Shown here one piece after another: positions 7,786 through 16,976 of a DNA stretch of 39,202 nt. The stretch lies in the NCBI GenBank assembly GCA_964389405.1, contig CAYMDS010000001.1, positions 1 through 39,202 on the forward strand, in the 5' to 3' direction. Position 1 is the first letter of the stretch. The number at the start of each line of letters is the position of its first letter. Under the pieces are notes generated by a model, which saw only the letters and a program-made list of their open reading frames with translations, was not told where the DNA came from and made no database searches. Source of the DNA: an uncultured Gammaproteobacteria bacterium. GTDB lineage: Bacteria; Patescibacteriota; Microgenomatia; Levybacterales; UBA12049. The position numbers and the translations under genes are program-made.

Positions 7786-9135
7786 ATGGAAAATGAAAAA
7801 GTTAAAAGAGGTATAGATTTTTCAAATAGAGTTGGGGAAGGACAATCAGCAGCTTACCGCAAATCCTTATCTTGGTGGCGTGGTGGAAAACTTAATAAGC
7901 GTACATCTCTTTTTTTACTTTTGGTATTTAGTCTGAATTTTATAGGAGTGATACCTATTTTCCAAAGAGATGTTTCAGGGGCTTTTGAATCTTCTGCGGC
8001 GTTTATGCTAATCGCAGGGCTTTTAGAGAAATTTATATTCATTCCGACTAATATATTTTTTACAAGTATTACGATAATATCGCTTTCCATAGCACCTTTA
8101 TCTTTCTATCTATTTATAAGAAAGATCGCTTTGCGTCATGAATTGACTGCGTTAATTGCCACATTAATATATATATTTCCCAATCCATTTTTCGACTACA
8201 CCCCATCCCTTGGTGCAGCTATAATTTATGGTGATGGAGCGCATGCTGTAGTTTTTTCATTTCTCCCTTTATTTCTTCTGTACGTTGAATCATTTATAGC
8301 ATCAGGCATTCCTATTCTAGGAGTACTTACTATTATCGGAACAGCGATAATCGCTATTCTATCTCCGTTTATGATGTTTAATCTTATATTTATTTATCCA
8401 GTTTTGGCTGTGGCCGAAGGTTTTTTGGGTGATCTTAGGGTGAAAATGCTTAGGATGGTTTTTGTTTTTGTAGCGGCTTTTAGTCTTTCAATTTTTTGGT
8501 ATTTTCCTACATTTTTTTCACGTGGTATACAGTTATCGCATGTTGTCTATACTATTGACAAGAGCTTTCACCTTTTTCCTTTATTAATACCATTAGTTCC
8601 TCTCTTCGGCGCATTATTTTTTCTGGTTTTCGATAGAAGAAAAAGATTAAAACCTATTTTTATAGGCGCGTCTTTGCTGATTATTTATGTAATGTTTTTC
8701 ACTGCCAGTCGGGATATCATGATCGGGGGTGTATTTACTCCTGAGCGTTATAGGCTAGAGCTAAATTTCGCGTCCTCCATAACCTTATCATTACTTGTTA
8801 TTATTTTTACTGAAACATTTATGAGGGATGCTTTAAAGTATAGAAAGAACAAAGTATTTTTTGCATTTATACTGGTTCTCACTTTTGCCTCGGTTGCCAT
8901 ATTCGTTTTAATGGGTTTATTATCTGTTTATAGCTCATATCTTTTTATGAAGCTTGAGCCTACTCAAAGAAGTAGTGGTATAGGCATCGGCAATCTGGTG
9001 CGAATTTTTCGCTTTGATGATATTCCATCTCTGATTATGGATTTTATTTCTCTCGGAACTTTTATTTTTCTACTCTATATTCTTAAGGCTTATCCTTCAT
9101 TACATAAAAAAATTCCCAAAACATCTTCGGCTTGA
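7786..9135 (+). CDS. Polytopic integral membrane protein (about 11-12 TM helices); glycan polymerase/ligase or GT-C-like candidate
   Basis: 449 aa, almost entirely hydrophobic helices, sitting between a GT-C-like gene and a GT4 gene. No diagnostic motif recognised. Confidence 0.35.
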   Translation: MENEKVKRGIDFSNRVGEGQSAAYRKSLSWWRGGKLNKRTSLFLLLVFSLNFIGVIPIFQRDVSGAFESSAAFMLIAGLLEKFIFIPTNIFFTSITIISLSIAPLSFYLFIRKIALRHELTALIATLIYIFPNPFFDYTPSLGAAIIYGDGAHAVVFSFLPLFLLYVESFIASGIPILGVLTIIGTAIIAILSPFMMFNLIFIYPVLAVAEGFLGDLRVKMLRMVFVFVAAFSLSIFWYFPTFFSRGIQLSHVVYTIDKSFHLFPLLIPLVPLFGALFFLVFDRRKRLKPIFIGASLLIIYVMFFTASRDIMIGGVFTPERYRLELNFASSITLSLLVIIFTETFMRDALKYRKNKVFFAFILVLTFASVAIFVLMGLLSVYSSYLFMKLEPTQRSSGIGIGNLVRIFRFDDIPSLIMDFISLGTFIFLLYILKAYPSLHKKIPKTSSA

Positions 9136-9252
9136 AAGAGTTCTTCAATTATAGTACGCTGAATATAGTAATTAGCATCTGATGCGAGGTTGTAGCTTAA
9201 ATGGAGCATTAAGTTTGGTTAGTTCAATTCTTTAACTATTAGTATCTGTCCA

Positions 9253-10512
9253 ATGAGAAAGAAAAAGACTTTACATATCGCCCTTGTTCATTGTGGCTTC
9301 GCCTATTCCGGCGGCGGAGAGCGACTTATTATTGAGGAGGCCCGGGGTTTAGTGAAGAAAGGACACCATGTAGATGTTTTTGTTCCAACATGGAATAAAG
9401 CTTTATGCTACCCAGATGTTCTCAAAAAGATTACAGTTTACACGCTTTTTCCTTTTATTCCCTTGAACATTCCAATGAAGCACGCGTTGGAGCAAGTCTT
9501 CGCTGCATTATTAGTGCCTTTTTATTCATTCCGTTTTCTAAAATACGATATTTTGATAGGTGCTAATCAGCCCGGTGCCTGGATAGCATATTGTGTCTCT
9601 AAAATGCTTAGAAAGCCATATGTAGTTTACATGAACCAACCGAATAGACTTTTATACCCTCGGAAAATTGATATAAAGGAAAAATGGGCAAATATAAAAG
9701 ATTATGCATTTGTCCATTCTTTAATAGTTAAGCTGAAATTTTTCGTTAATATTGCAGATAAAGTATCATTTACAAGAGGGAGCTCGATTTTAGTGAATGG
9801 TGATTACATTGGGAGCATAATCCAAAGAATTTATAAGAAGGATTTCATAACATGTCCGGCTGGCGCTTACCCCCAGGATTTTTCCCTTCTTCGTGTAAAC
9901 CCTCATACAGCTTATGTTGGTAAGTTTAGCTTTCGGAATAAAGACGGCATGAAATTTGATATAGAAAAGCCATATGTACTCATAACGAACAGACATCAGC
10001 CCCAAAAACGATTTGACTATGGAATTAAGGCATTTAATATATTCAGAAAAAGATATCCTGATATGAAGCTTATTATTCCTGGTCCGTTTACGGATGAAAC
10101 TAATAAATTGAAAAAAATCGTCAATAGATTAAAGCTTAATAATTATGTACTTTTTGTCGGACAGATATCTGAGAAAGATTTACAGAAGCTTTATCGTGAA
10201 TCAGTTCTTTATATTTATACAGCACCCGAAGAGGATTACGGGATGGGAATTGTTGAGGCGATGGGATGGGGAGTGCCTGTGGTCGCTTGGAATCATGCTG
10301 GACCGACAGTTACTATAAAAGATGGATTAACAGGCTATTTGGCAAAGCCATATGACATAACAGATTTTGCTGAGAAAATGCATGAGGCTATTAAAATAAT
10401 GCCTGAGAGAGCCGAGATGGGAAAGCGTGCCTGGAACCATGTGCGAGATAATTTTTCTTGGGATAGTCACATAAATATCCTGGAGCGATCTCTGTACCAA
10501 GCCCTAGCCTAA
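9253..10512 (+). CDS. Glycosyltransferase, GT-B fold, family 4-like
   Basis: N-terminal SGGGERLIIEE and a C-terminal E-x7-E motif (PEEDYGMGIVEAMGWGVPVVAWNHAGP). Paralog of 24848..26191. Confidence 0.85.
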   Translation: MRKKKTLHIALVHCGFAYSGGGERLIIEEARGLVKKGHHVDVFVPTWNKALCYPDVLKKITVYTLFPFIPLNIPMKHALEQVFAALLVPFYSFRFLKYDILIGANQPGAWIAYCVSKMLRKPYVVYMNQPNRLLYPRKIDIKEKWANIKDYAFVHSLIVKLKFFVNIADKVSFTRGSSILVNGDYIGSIIQRIYKKDFITCPAGAYPQDFSLLRVNPHTAYVGKFSFRNKDGMKFDIEKPYVLITNRHQPQKRFDYGIKAFNIFRKRYPDMKLIIPGPFTDETNKLKKIVNRLKLNNYVLFVGQISEKDLQKLYRESVLYIYTAPEEDYGMGIVEAMGWGVPVVAWNHAGPTVTIKDGLTGYLAKPYDITDFAEKMHEAIKIMPERAEMGKRAWNHVRDNFSWDSHINILERSLYQALA

Positions 10513-10579
10513 TACAGAAAAGTAATAATAGATAAATTATTTTGATATAAAACTCTAGAATACATTTTAATTTTTAGTG

Positions 10580-10601
10580 ACCAGTATACATGTATACTGG
10601 T
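10580..10601. promoter_or_regulatory. 22-bp perfect palindrome ACCAGTATACATGTATACTGGT, 7 nt upstream of the TrpR-like gene start; candidate operator
   Basis: Read directly from the sequence. It shares the 16-bp core AGTATACATGTATACT with the palindrome at 11034-11059. Confidence 0.6.
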
Positions 10602-10608
10602 TATATAT

Positions 10609-11040
10609 ATGCCTAGAGCATCGAAAAGAAAAATTAGATCAGAGCTCCTGGAAGAAATGCGTGACAACTTCGCATTCCTAATTTCGTCTTTAACTATTTC
10701 ATCTGATATCCAAAGTTTTTTTACAGTTTTTTTGACAGAAGAAGAAAAAATTATGCTTACCAAACGGTTGATGATTCATCTGATGCTTAAAAGCGGTTAT
10801 GAGATTTCTGAAATATGTGCTACTGTCGGTGTGAGTCGGGAAACAATCAGGACACATAAATCAGTTTGGATTACGAGTGATGAAAAATATAAAAAACTTA
10901 TAGCGAAATTAGCACAAAGAAAAAAGACTAAAGAGTTCTGGAAGAAAGTGGAAAAAGCTTTAAAGCCGTTAGAGTATGCTCTAACAGCGAAAACCAATAT
11001 GAAATCCCGCGCGAAACTATTTGATTACTCCTCTGACTAG
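10609..11040 (+). CDS. TrpR/YerC-YecD family helix-turn-helix regulator
   Basis: 143 aa. LTEEEKIMLTKRLMIHLMLKSGYEISEICATVGVSRETI matches the Trp-repressor-like fold pattern (helices plus an HTH ending in SxxTI). Confidence 0.7.
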   Translation: MPRASKRKIRSELLEEMRDNFAFLISSLTISSDIQSFFTVFLTEEEKIMLTKRLMIHLMLKSGYEISEICATVGVSRETIRTHKSVWITSDEKYKKLIAKLAQRKKTKEFWKKVEKALKPLEYALTAKTNMKSRAKLFDYSSD

Positions 11041-11059
11041 TATACATGTATACTAGTCA
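11034..11059. promoter_or_regulatory. 26-bp perfect palindrome TGACTAGTATACATGTATACTAGTCA overlapping the stop codon of the TrpR-like gene; second operator-like site
   Basis: Read directly from the sequence. It contains two ACTAGT hexamers and has the same 16-bp core as the upstream palindrome. No U-run follows it, so a simple terminator is unlikely. Confidence 0.55.
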
Positions 11060-11119
11060 TCCGATGCAAAAAGATTAATTATAGGTAAGAATTTGTTTTG
11101 TTGCTGAGTAATCATTTAA

Positions 11120-11941
11120 TCAGTTACTTAAAACTTGTCTTACGGTCTCATTTAATCTGTCGGCTGCTTCGGTGGTTGCAGCGCTTGGGTAGTTGGCCAT
11201 TATCCATAAAGGTTTATTTGTTTCCCGTCTAGCCTTAAGCACTCTGTTCAGATCATAAATTAACTGATCCTCAGTCCATCCGGCTTTAACATATAAACCA
11301 TGTGTATTAGGTAGTAATGGATTAATATCTACTCCAGAAGTTGCGGCGTATTCAGTATCTCTTACGTCAGGCCCGCTTACAAATACGAATCCTCTTTCTC
11401 CGGGTTTTTCTTCAATCCAGCGTTCTATTTTTTCACCCTTTCCGACTAGAGCATGATTTTCAGCCAGTAATACCGCACCTGTAGATTCCAGTTCTCTTTG
11501 AAATTTCTCGCTCAATCTTTTCCTCCAGCCTCCATTATGTCTTTTTAATACCGGCCAGTGCCAGCTGATAGTAGCATCGGTTTCAGCGACTAGTATTCCT
11601 GTTGCTTTTCGCCAGAAGGGCATCGAAACCGCCAGACTCTGCGGCCAACGCATTAAGTAATTTACAAAAGAATCATTGGCGGCTGGTTTAGGTGAGACAA
11701 TTCTATCTATCATCCAGGGTGGATGGATATTAACAACATAATCCTCTAAAAGATGATCAGAATTTGCTCGTGGTTTACTTAATAATTCAAAAACTGTACC
11801 TGGACTTGGTATTGGTTCATAGGCATTATAACCCATGGATGTGGCGCCAATTATACCTTTTGTTAATGGATCATAAAGCTTTCTTTGTCCTGAAGCGATA
11901 TAGGCTGCTTCTGATAATCCTACTCTAACAATTTCTGCCAT
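11120..11941 (-). CDS. Hypothetical protein (273 aa), no recognisable motif; visibly GC-richer than its neighbours
   Basis: Long ORF with non-repetitive, globular-looking composition (W/P/G-rich). Opposite strand to the flanking glycan genes. Confidence 0.6.
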   Translation of the reverse strand: MAEIVRVGLSEAAYIASGQRKLYDPLTKGIIGATSMGYNAYEPIPSPGTVFELLSKPRANSDHLLEDYVVNIHPPWMIDRIVSPKPAANDSFVNYLMRWPQSLAVSMPFWRKATGILVAETDATISWHWPVLKRHNGGWRKRLSEKFQRELESTGAVLLAENHALVGKGEKIERWIEEKPGERGFVFVSGPDVRDTEYAATSGVDINPLLPNTHGLYVKAGWTEDQLIYDLNRVLKARRETNKPLWIMANYPSAATTEAADRLNETVRQVLSN

Positions 11942-11992
11942 GTTTTATTTTAATTATTCTGTAGCGGATTATTACACAGTTGCAGCCAGGAA

Positions 11993-12598
11993 TCAATATT
12001 CCTCAATTGCCTCGGGGGTTTGGATGGTGAGCTGTCGTGAGCAGGAGTCGTAGTTGCCGGTGGCGTAAACTGCCTTGTCTTTAAACGGAGTAAATGAAGC
12101 ATCGCGTCCGCGATTGAGGTGGATTGTAGTATTATCAGATAATTCGAGAATGTAGCGGTATCTCGGACTGGTATTGTCATCTGGTGAAAGAAAATTGCTG
12201 AAGTATTTAATTATTCTTTGAATTTTTGCAACTACATGATCCGGTTCTGTATCGGTTACTTTAAGAACTTTTACTACTCCTTTATGTGTTTGTACTCCTT
12301 TATCACATAGAGCATGGGTCGTTCCGAAAAAACCGAGAAACGAAAGAGCCAGTGCTACACCCATAATACCAATGGACCCCTTAAGAGTAAATGAAAAAGC
12401 TTTTTGTTTTTTAATTTCTTCAAGAAGTTCTGTAATTCTACGTAGAGGATTACCGATGTGGACATTTATAAGTGTATCGTCATCAGATGTTTCTGAAACC
12501 TTTGTTTTATTTAGGACAGCAGATGTTACGGGATCTTTTTTCACAACTGTTTCGACTTGTGGTGCAGCATTTGATGGAAGCTTAGTAGACTCATCCAT
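11993..12598 (-). CDS. Hypothetical single-pass membrane protein (201 aa)
   Basis: Polar N-terminal region, one TM helix (IGIMGVALALSFLGFFGT) and a ~100-aa C-terminal domain. Lies 51 nt upstream of, and co-oriented with, 11120..11941. Confidence 0.55.
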   Translation of the reverse strand: MDESTKLPSNAAPQVETVVKKDPVTSAVLNKTKVSETSDDDTLINVHIGNPLRRITELLEEIKKQKAFSFTLKGSIGIMGVALALSFLGFFGTTHALCDKGVQTHKGVVKVLKVTDTEPDHVVAKIQRIIKYFSNFLSPDDNTSPRYRYILELSDNTTIHLNRGRDASFTPFKDKAVYATGNYDSCSRQLTIQTPEAIEEY

Positions 12599-12685
12599 AA
12601 ATAAAGATTACGAAAGGAGCATATAAAATGCAATAAGCAAGTTTCCTGAATTTATTGGAGGTGATATACTAGAGTACGTATTGAT

Positions 12686-14344
12686 ATGAGTGAACCTGCA
12701 AAACATCAGTCTGAAAATCATCTTAATGACTGGATGAAAAAAATACATGATGCGTCTTTTAAACACCAGGCTCCTTTAGAAATTGATGAAAAGAGTAAAG
12801 AAGGTAAAGAAAGCTTAAGAAATGTATCGGCCATTAAATCATATGATCATATAATAATAGGATTTTTCCTCCTCTTGGGCCTTTTATATCGTCTGGTAGT
12901 TATTTTCTTTATAACAGGCACAGAGAATGCAGGTGTAGGGTGGTATGGAGATACTTATCATCATTGGCAAATAGCGTATCTGACTAAGACGACAGGGTTT
13001 TCTCATGGCTTTCTTCGTTTATGGGATCTGAAAGGAATGGAGTATTTTTGGGGACTTTTACATCCGCTTTTGATGAATTTTTTATTTTTAATTACCGGTA
13101 GTACGAATATTATTCTTAGTAGAATGCTGAGTACGGGATTTGGTTTAGCGTCTGTCTATATGTTATTTCTTCTTGGAATGAGGTATTTTGGCAGAAGAGT
13201 AGCCTATGCAATTGCTTTTTTTAGTGCTTTTTTTTCGATTGCAGTTTTTAATGACGCGTCCGGAATGCTTGAGCCGATAGGTTTATTTTTTATGTTACTA
13301 GGTATCTATACATGGCCCAGGTTGCCATTTATGACTGCAATTTCTTTTGTGCTGGCATCTATGGTGCGCGCGGAAATGTGGGTTTTCAGTATTGGTTTAC
13401 TTTTCGGAATTTTAATAAAGCCTGGAAATACACACCGAAAAACTATAGTTATATTATTATGGTCAATTTTCATGGTTCTTTACATGAAATATTTTTTGGA
13501 TCATACAGGAAACGCTATCTATCCGATATATTGGAACTTCCTGGCGAATGCACTTGGGGAGTGGGCTGGAGATGATCCTTTAACCTCCCTTCAGCTTACG
13601 GTACGACCTATCCTGATGGTAATAGGAGCAATAAGTGCGGTAATGCTTGGTTTTATTATTTATAAGCGCCCAAAAAACATACTGCTTCTTCTTCTAGGAT
13701 TTGGCAATATTTTTTTCGTGACCAGCTTTATGGGTTTTGGACACTATATTCATGGTTGGGAGTGGTGGTTTCCGGTAATTCGTTTTTTTGTATTTCCGTA
13801 TATGTTCGCTGCCTTAATGCTATTTGCATTGATTAATAAATTAAGGATAGGCAGTCAGGCTATGGTAAGTGTTTTGGTGATGCTTGCGGTAGGGGTTTTG
13901 ACCGTTACTACACAATTGGCCTGGGTGCCAATTCTTCAAAGATTTAAAGAGACACGTCCAGAGTGGGAGCGAAGCATAAGCTGGGGACGGGAAGTTGGAA
14001 AATACTATAAAGAAGGTACTCTTCTTTTTCCCGACGGTGATCCGCATTTTACTTATACTTCTGTGCAGTATGGGCATGTTGAAGGGCAAAATATACTGAG
14101 TCAAATGTTTGACCCTTTTTATTATATAGATGAAGATCAAGTATTTGGGCAGTGGAGTAAGTACAAGAAAGCAATTAATAATGACTGGATTAAAAAACAC
14201 GATATACGCTTAGCTGTTTTTCGGACCGACACTGAAAGATATATAAGACTTATAGAAAAAGAGCCTGAAATTTTTGAAAAGGTTTCAACATTGGAAGGAG
14301 GGGTATATGAAATATGGCGAATTTATCCGGAAAAGATAAGATAA
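12686..14344 (+). CDS. Polytopic membrane protein, GT-C-fold-like glycosyltransferase candidate
   Basis: 552 aa: ~12 TM helices followed by a ~140-aa soluble C-terminal domain. An early loop reads GWYGDTYHHWQIAY. First gene of a + strand operon with overlapping downstream genes. Confidence 0.45.
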   Translation: MSEPAKHQSENHLNDWMKKIHDASFKHQAPLEIDEKSKEGKESLRNVSAIKSYDHIIIGFFLLLGLLYRLVVIFFITGTENAGVGWYGDTYHHWQIAYLTKTTGFSHGFLRLWDLKGMEYFWGLLHPLLMNFLFLITGSTNIILSRMLSTGFGLASVYMLFLLGMRYFGRRVAYAIAFFSAFFSIAVFNDASGMLEPIGLFFMLLGIYTWPRLPFMTAISFVLASMVRAEMWVFSIGLLFGILIKPGNTHRKTIVILLWSIFMVLYMKYFLDHTGNAIYPIYWNFLANALGEWAGDDPLTSLQLTVRPILMVIGAISAVMLGFIIYKRPKNILLLLLGFGNIFFVTSFMGFGHYIHGWEWWFPVIRFFVFPYMFAALMLFALINKLRIGSQAMVSVLVMLAVGVLTVTTQLAWVPILQRFKETRPEWERSISWGREVGKYYKEGTLLFPDGDPHFTYTSVQYGHVEGQNILSQMFDPFYYIDEDQVFGQWSKYKKAINNDWIKKHDIRLAVFRTDTERYIRLIEKEPEIFEKVSTLEGGVYEIWRIYPEKIR

Positions 14345-15144
14345 AAGACTTTGATTATGAAAAAAAAGTTTGGGGTTCAGGAATTGTGCATCCTTCACCT
14401 TTCTATATTCAAGGATTAAAGCTTAAGTATACGCTTGAAGCCTTAAAAGATGTAAAAGGGAAAATTTTAGATATCGGATGTGGTGGTGGTAATATCGCAA
14501 AGGCCATTAAGAAATACAGGCCGGATCTAGATATTTACGGTATTGATATTTCAAAAAAAGCAATAGATGAAGCTCTTAAAGATCCGATGAGGGTAAGTTT
14601 TTCTGTAGGTACATGTGAGAAAATACCTTTTAAAGATAATGCATTTGATGCATTAGTTATGTACGATGTCTTGGAGCATGTGGAAAAACCTGAAATCGCT
14701 TTACGGGAGATGAAGAGAGTCGTTAAGAAAAATGGAAAGATTCATATATTCTCTCCTCTGGATGGTCAGCCGTGGACTCTTTATTCTTTTATATATAAGC
14801 TGGGGTGGCAGCCTAAAAATACTCATACAGGACATCTGCATGTTTTCTCAAGTAATTCCTTTGAAGAACTTCTTAATAAAAACCGTTTTCATGTCATAAG
14901 TAAGAAATATTCATTTCATTATTTTTTCTCTCTATTTGATATAGCATATTTTAGCCTTCTTGAAATTATGAAATATAATCCTGATAGTTCAATTGAGGGT
15001 ATGATTGAATCCAGAAAGAAAAGTATACCGGCTAAGCTATTTAATATACTGTATCGTATAGTTATAGCTAGCGGGTATTATGAGTCTCAAGTGTTATCAA
15101 GTATTCCTGGCGGCGGCGGACATTTTACTGTTAAACCAATATGA
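14314..15144 (+). CDS. Class I SAM-dependent methyltransferase
   Basis: Motif I ILDIGCGGGNIA, then the acidic loop DIYGIDIS and DALVMYDVLEHV. Overlaps the upstream gene by 31 nt. Confidence 0.85.
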   Translation: MANLSGKDKIKDFDYEKKVWGSGIVHPSPFYIQGLKLKYTLEALKDVKGKILDIGCGGGNIAKAIKKYRPDLDIYGIDISKKAIDEALKDPMRVSFSVGTCEKIPFKDNAFDALVMYDVLEHVEKPEIALREMKRVVKKNGKIHIFSPLDGQPWTLYSFIYKLGWQPKNTHTGHLHVFSSNSFEELLNKNRFHVISKKYSFHYFFSLFDIAYFSLLEIMKYNPDSSIEGMIESRKKSIPAKLFNILYRIVIASGYYESQVLSSIPGGGGHFTVKPI

Positions 15145-16160
15145 AAAATCCTAAAAATTTTTTTAAGTCAAAGACTATTCTTATAACAGGGGGGACCGGA
15201 TCATTTGGCAGTTTTTTCGTCCGCGAAATACTTAATTACCTACCTGAGAAAATAATCATTTATTCAAGAGATGAAGACAAGCAGTACAGTATGCAGCATG
15301 AGCTGAAGGCATATAAGCAGCGTTTGAGATTCGTGATCGGAGATATACGCGATAAAAGCTCATTGCTTAAAGCGATGAAAGAGCATGTAGATATACTTAT
15401 ACATGCCGCAGCGATGAAGCAAATACCAAGCACAGAATACAATATCTCAGAGGCGGTAAGGACAAATATATTAGGAGCGCAAAATATTACCGAAGCATGT
15501 CTTGAGACTAATGTCGATAAAGCTATTGCGATCAGTACAGATAAAGCAGTAGAGCCCATTAATGTCATGGGAATGACTAAGGGCCTTCAGGAGAGAATTT
15601 TTGTCTTGGCAAATAAATATAGAAACGGCGCTAAAACCAAGTTTGCTGTAGTCCGTTATGGAAATGTCATTAACTCTCGTGGATCAGTCATTCCTCTTTT
15701 TAAAAAACAAATAGCCTTAGGTGGTCCGATAACTCTCACTGATCCTACTATGACCCGTTTTATTTTAACTCTGGAACAGGGGAAGAAGCTCGTTATGTCT
15801 GCTCTGGGATCAATGGTAGGTGGTGAAATCTTTGTGCCGAAAATAAAGCCAATCCGGATTATTGATTTAGCTGAGGTGATGGTAGAGAAGCTAAAACCGA
15901 CTAATGGAAGTATCGTAAGAGTAGGTATTCGCCCTGGTGAAAAACTGCATGAGGTGCTAATTTCAGAGCAGGAATCATTATATACAGTTGATAAAAAGAC
16001 TCACTATATCGTCCTTCCGCAAATAGATCTAGAAGAAATCGGACATACATATCTTATAAAGCCAGTGAAGAAAAAGGTATTTTCATATTCTTCAGATAAT
16101 GGATCATATTTGACGAAAAAAGAAATTTACGAGGTTTTAAAAAAAGACAGAGCCTTATAG
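15141..16160 (+). CDS. UDP-GlcNAc 4,6-dehydratase family enzyme (CapD/PseB/CapE-like short-chain dehydrogenase)
   Basis: ILITGGTGSFGS Rossmann motif, STDKAVEPINVMGMTK, RYGNVINSRGSVIPLF. The usual YxxxK is MxxxK (M143..K147, nt 15567-15581), as I recall for the CapE/FnlA/WbjB subgroup. ATGA overlap with the upstream methyltransferase. Confidence 0.8.
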   Translation: MKNPKNFFKSKTILITGGTGSFGSFFVREILNYLPEKIIIYSRDEDKQYSMQHELKAYKQRLRFVIGDIRDKSSLLKAMKEHVDILIHAAAMKQIPSTEYNISEAVRTNILGAQNITEACLETNVDKAIAISTDKAVEPINVMGMTKGLQERIFVLANKYRNGAKTKFAVVRYGNVINSRGSVIPLFKKQIALGGPITLTDPTMTRFILTLEQGKKLVMSALGSMVGGEIFVPKIKPIRIIDLAEVMVEKLKPTNGSIVRVGIRPGEKLHEVLISEQESLYTVDKKTHYIVLPQIDLEEIGHTYLIKPVKKKVFSYSSDNGSYLTKKEIYEVLKKDRAL

Positions 16161-16168
16161 TTTTACTT

Positions 16169-16921
16169 CTACATAACCATCTCAATAGGGGAATCAGCTA
16201 GTTGACCGTTTTTCGCATAAGTTACTAATCTATTAAGTTCTCCTTCGATAAGGTCATGACTTCCTTTTCTTCCGCGAACGCTATATGCCCAGATCTTAAT
16301 GGGTTTTTTCCCTACTTGCAAACGATCTTCGTGATGTAGCTTAAGGTAATAAGGGATTCTTGCAAATTGCTGAGGTGATGAGACAACAGCCAAATTTGTT
16401 ATTCCATGTAATGGGCTTTCTGGATTATCGATTTGTTGAAAAAGGCTTGTGAATTGATGGCCTGTATGTACAATATTTACTACTCCTTCAGGTGTTAGAA
16501 CATTATCTATGACTAGTATATTCTCTGAAGGCATGTTGGTAAATCGCGAATTCGCTACTCGGCGAAAATCAGCGTTTTCGTCAGGTGTACCATTATAAAC
16601 TAAAAGTGGTCCACATTCTCTAATCATAGCATCATCTATGCTTAACGGCCGTTCTCCTGTAAGTTTTTCAATTCTTGATCTAGTTATCTCACGAACTACA
16701 GCTGCGGCAGCCCGAATTCTGTCGCGGCCTTGGTAATGGCCTGCGTGAGGCTCTTTCTCGCTTTTAAGTGGTTTATTATAGAGTCCATACCCGCTCACAC
16801 ATAGTACTGCTTGAATATCCGGCGGGTATATTCTTTTTCTTTCGGTTGCTACCCTTTCGAGATCATCAACAATAGATAATGCTGAAAGACGTAATTTCGC
16901 AGGATCAAACTCTTTAGTCAT
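16169..16921 (-). CDS. Hypothetical protein (250 aa); weak resemblance to DUF218/YdcF-type proteins
   Basis: VLCVSGYG..., YNGTPDENADF and LAVVSSPQQFAR loosely follow the DUF218 pattern (G-rich start, T-x-E-N-A, Ser-Ser..R). Visibly GC-richer than its neighbours. Last gene of a minus-strand operon. Confidence 0.3.
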   Translation of the reverse strand: MTKEFDPAKLRLSALSIVDDLERVATERKRIYPPDIQAVLCVSGYGLYNKPLKSEKEPHAGHYQGRDRIRAAAAVVREITRSRIEKLTGERPLSIDDAMIRECGPLLVYNGTPDENADFRRVANSRFTNMPSENILVIDNVLTPEGVVNIVHTGHQFTSLFQQIDNPESPLHGITNLAVVSSPQQFARIPYYLKLHHEDRLQVGKKPIKIWAYSVRGRKGSHDLIEGELNRLVTYAKNGQLADSPIEMVM

Positions 16922-16976
16922 GCTGGAGATTTTAAGAGAGTATAGTATAATTTGTCAAATTATTGTAATTAATACT

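Noticed and set aside
9136-9252. Intergenic regions >=80 nt (4825-5012, 9136-9252, 10513-10608, 26723-26863, 32664-32880, 34395-34507, 38348-38437) inspected for tRNA, rRNA, tmRNA or other RNA genes.
   Set aside because: No tRNA-like acceptor or T-arm pattern and no rRNA-like conserved blocks were recognised. Only the hairpins and repeats reported above were found. A covariance-model scan would still be needed to exclude small ncRNAs.
11950-12180. 76-aa ORF overlapping the 3' end of the 201-aa gene in another frame.
   Set aside because: It is fully explained as a shadow frame of 11993-12598. The Pro/Thr-rich nonsense-like translation has no start signals.
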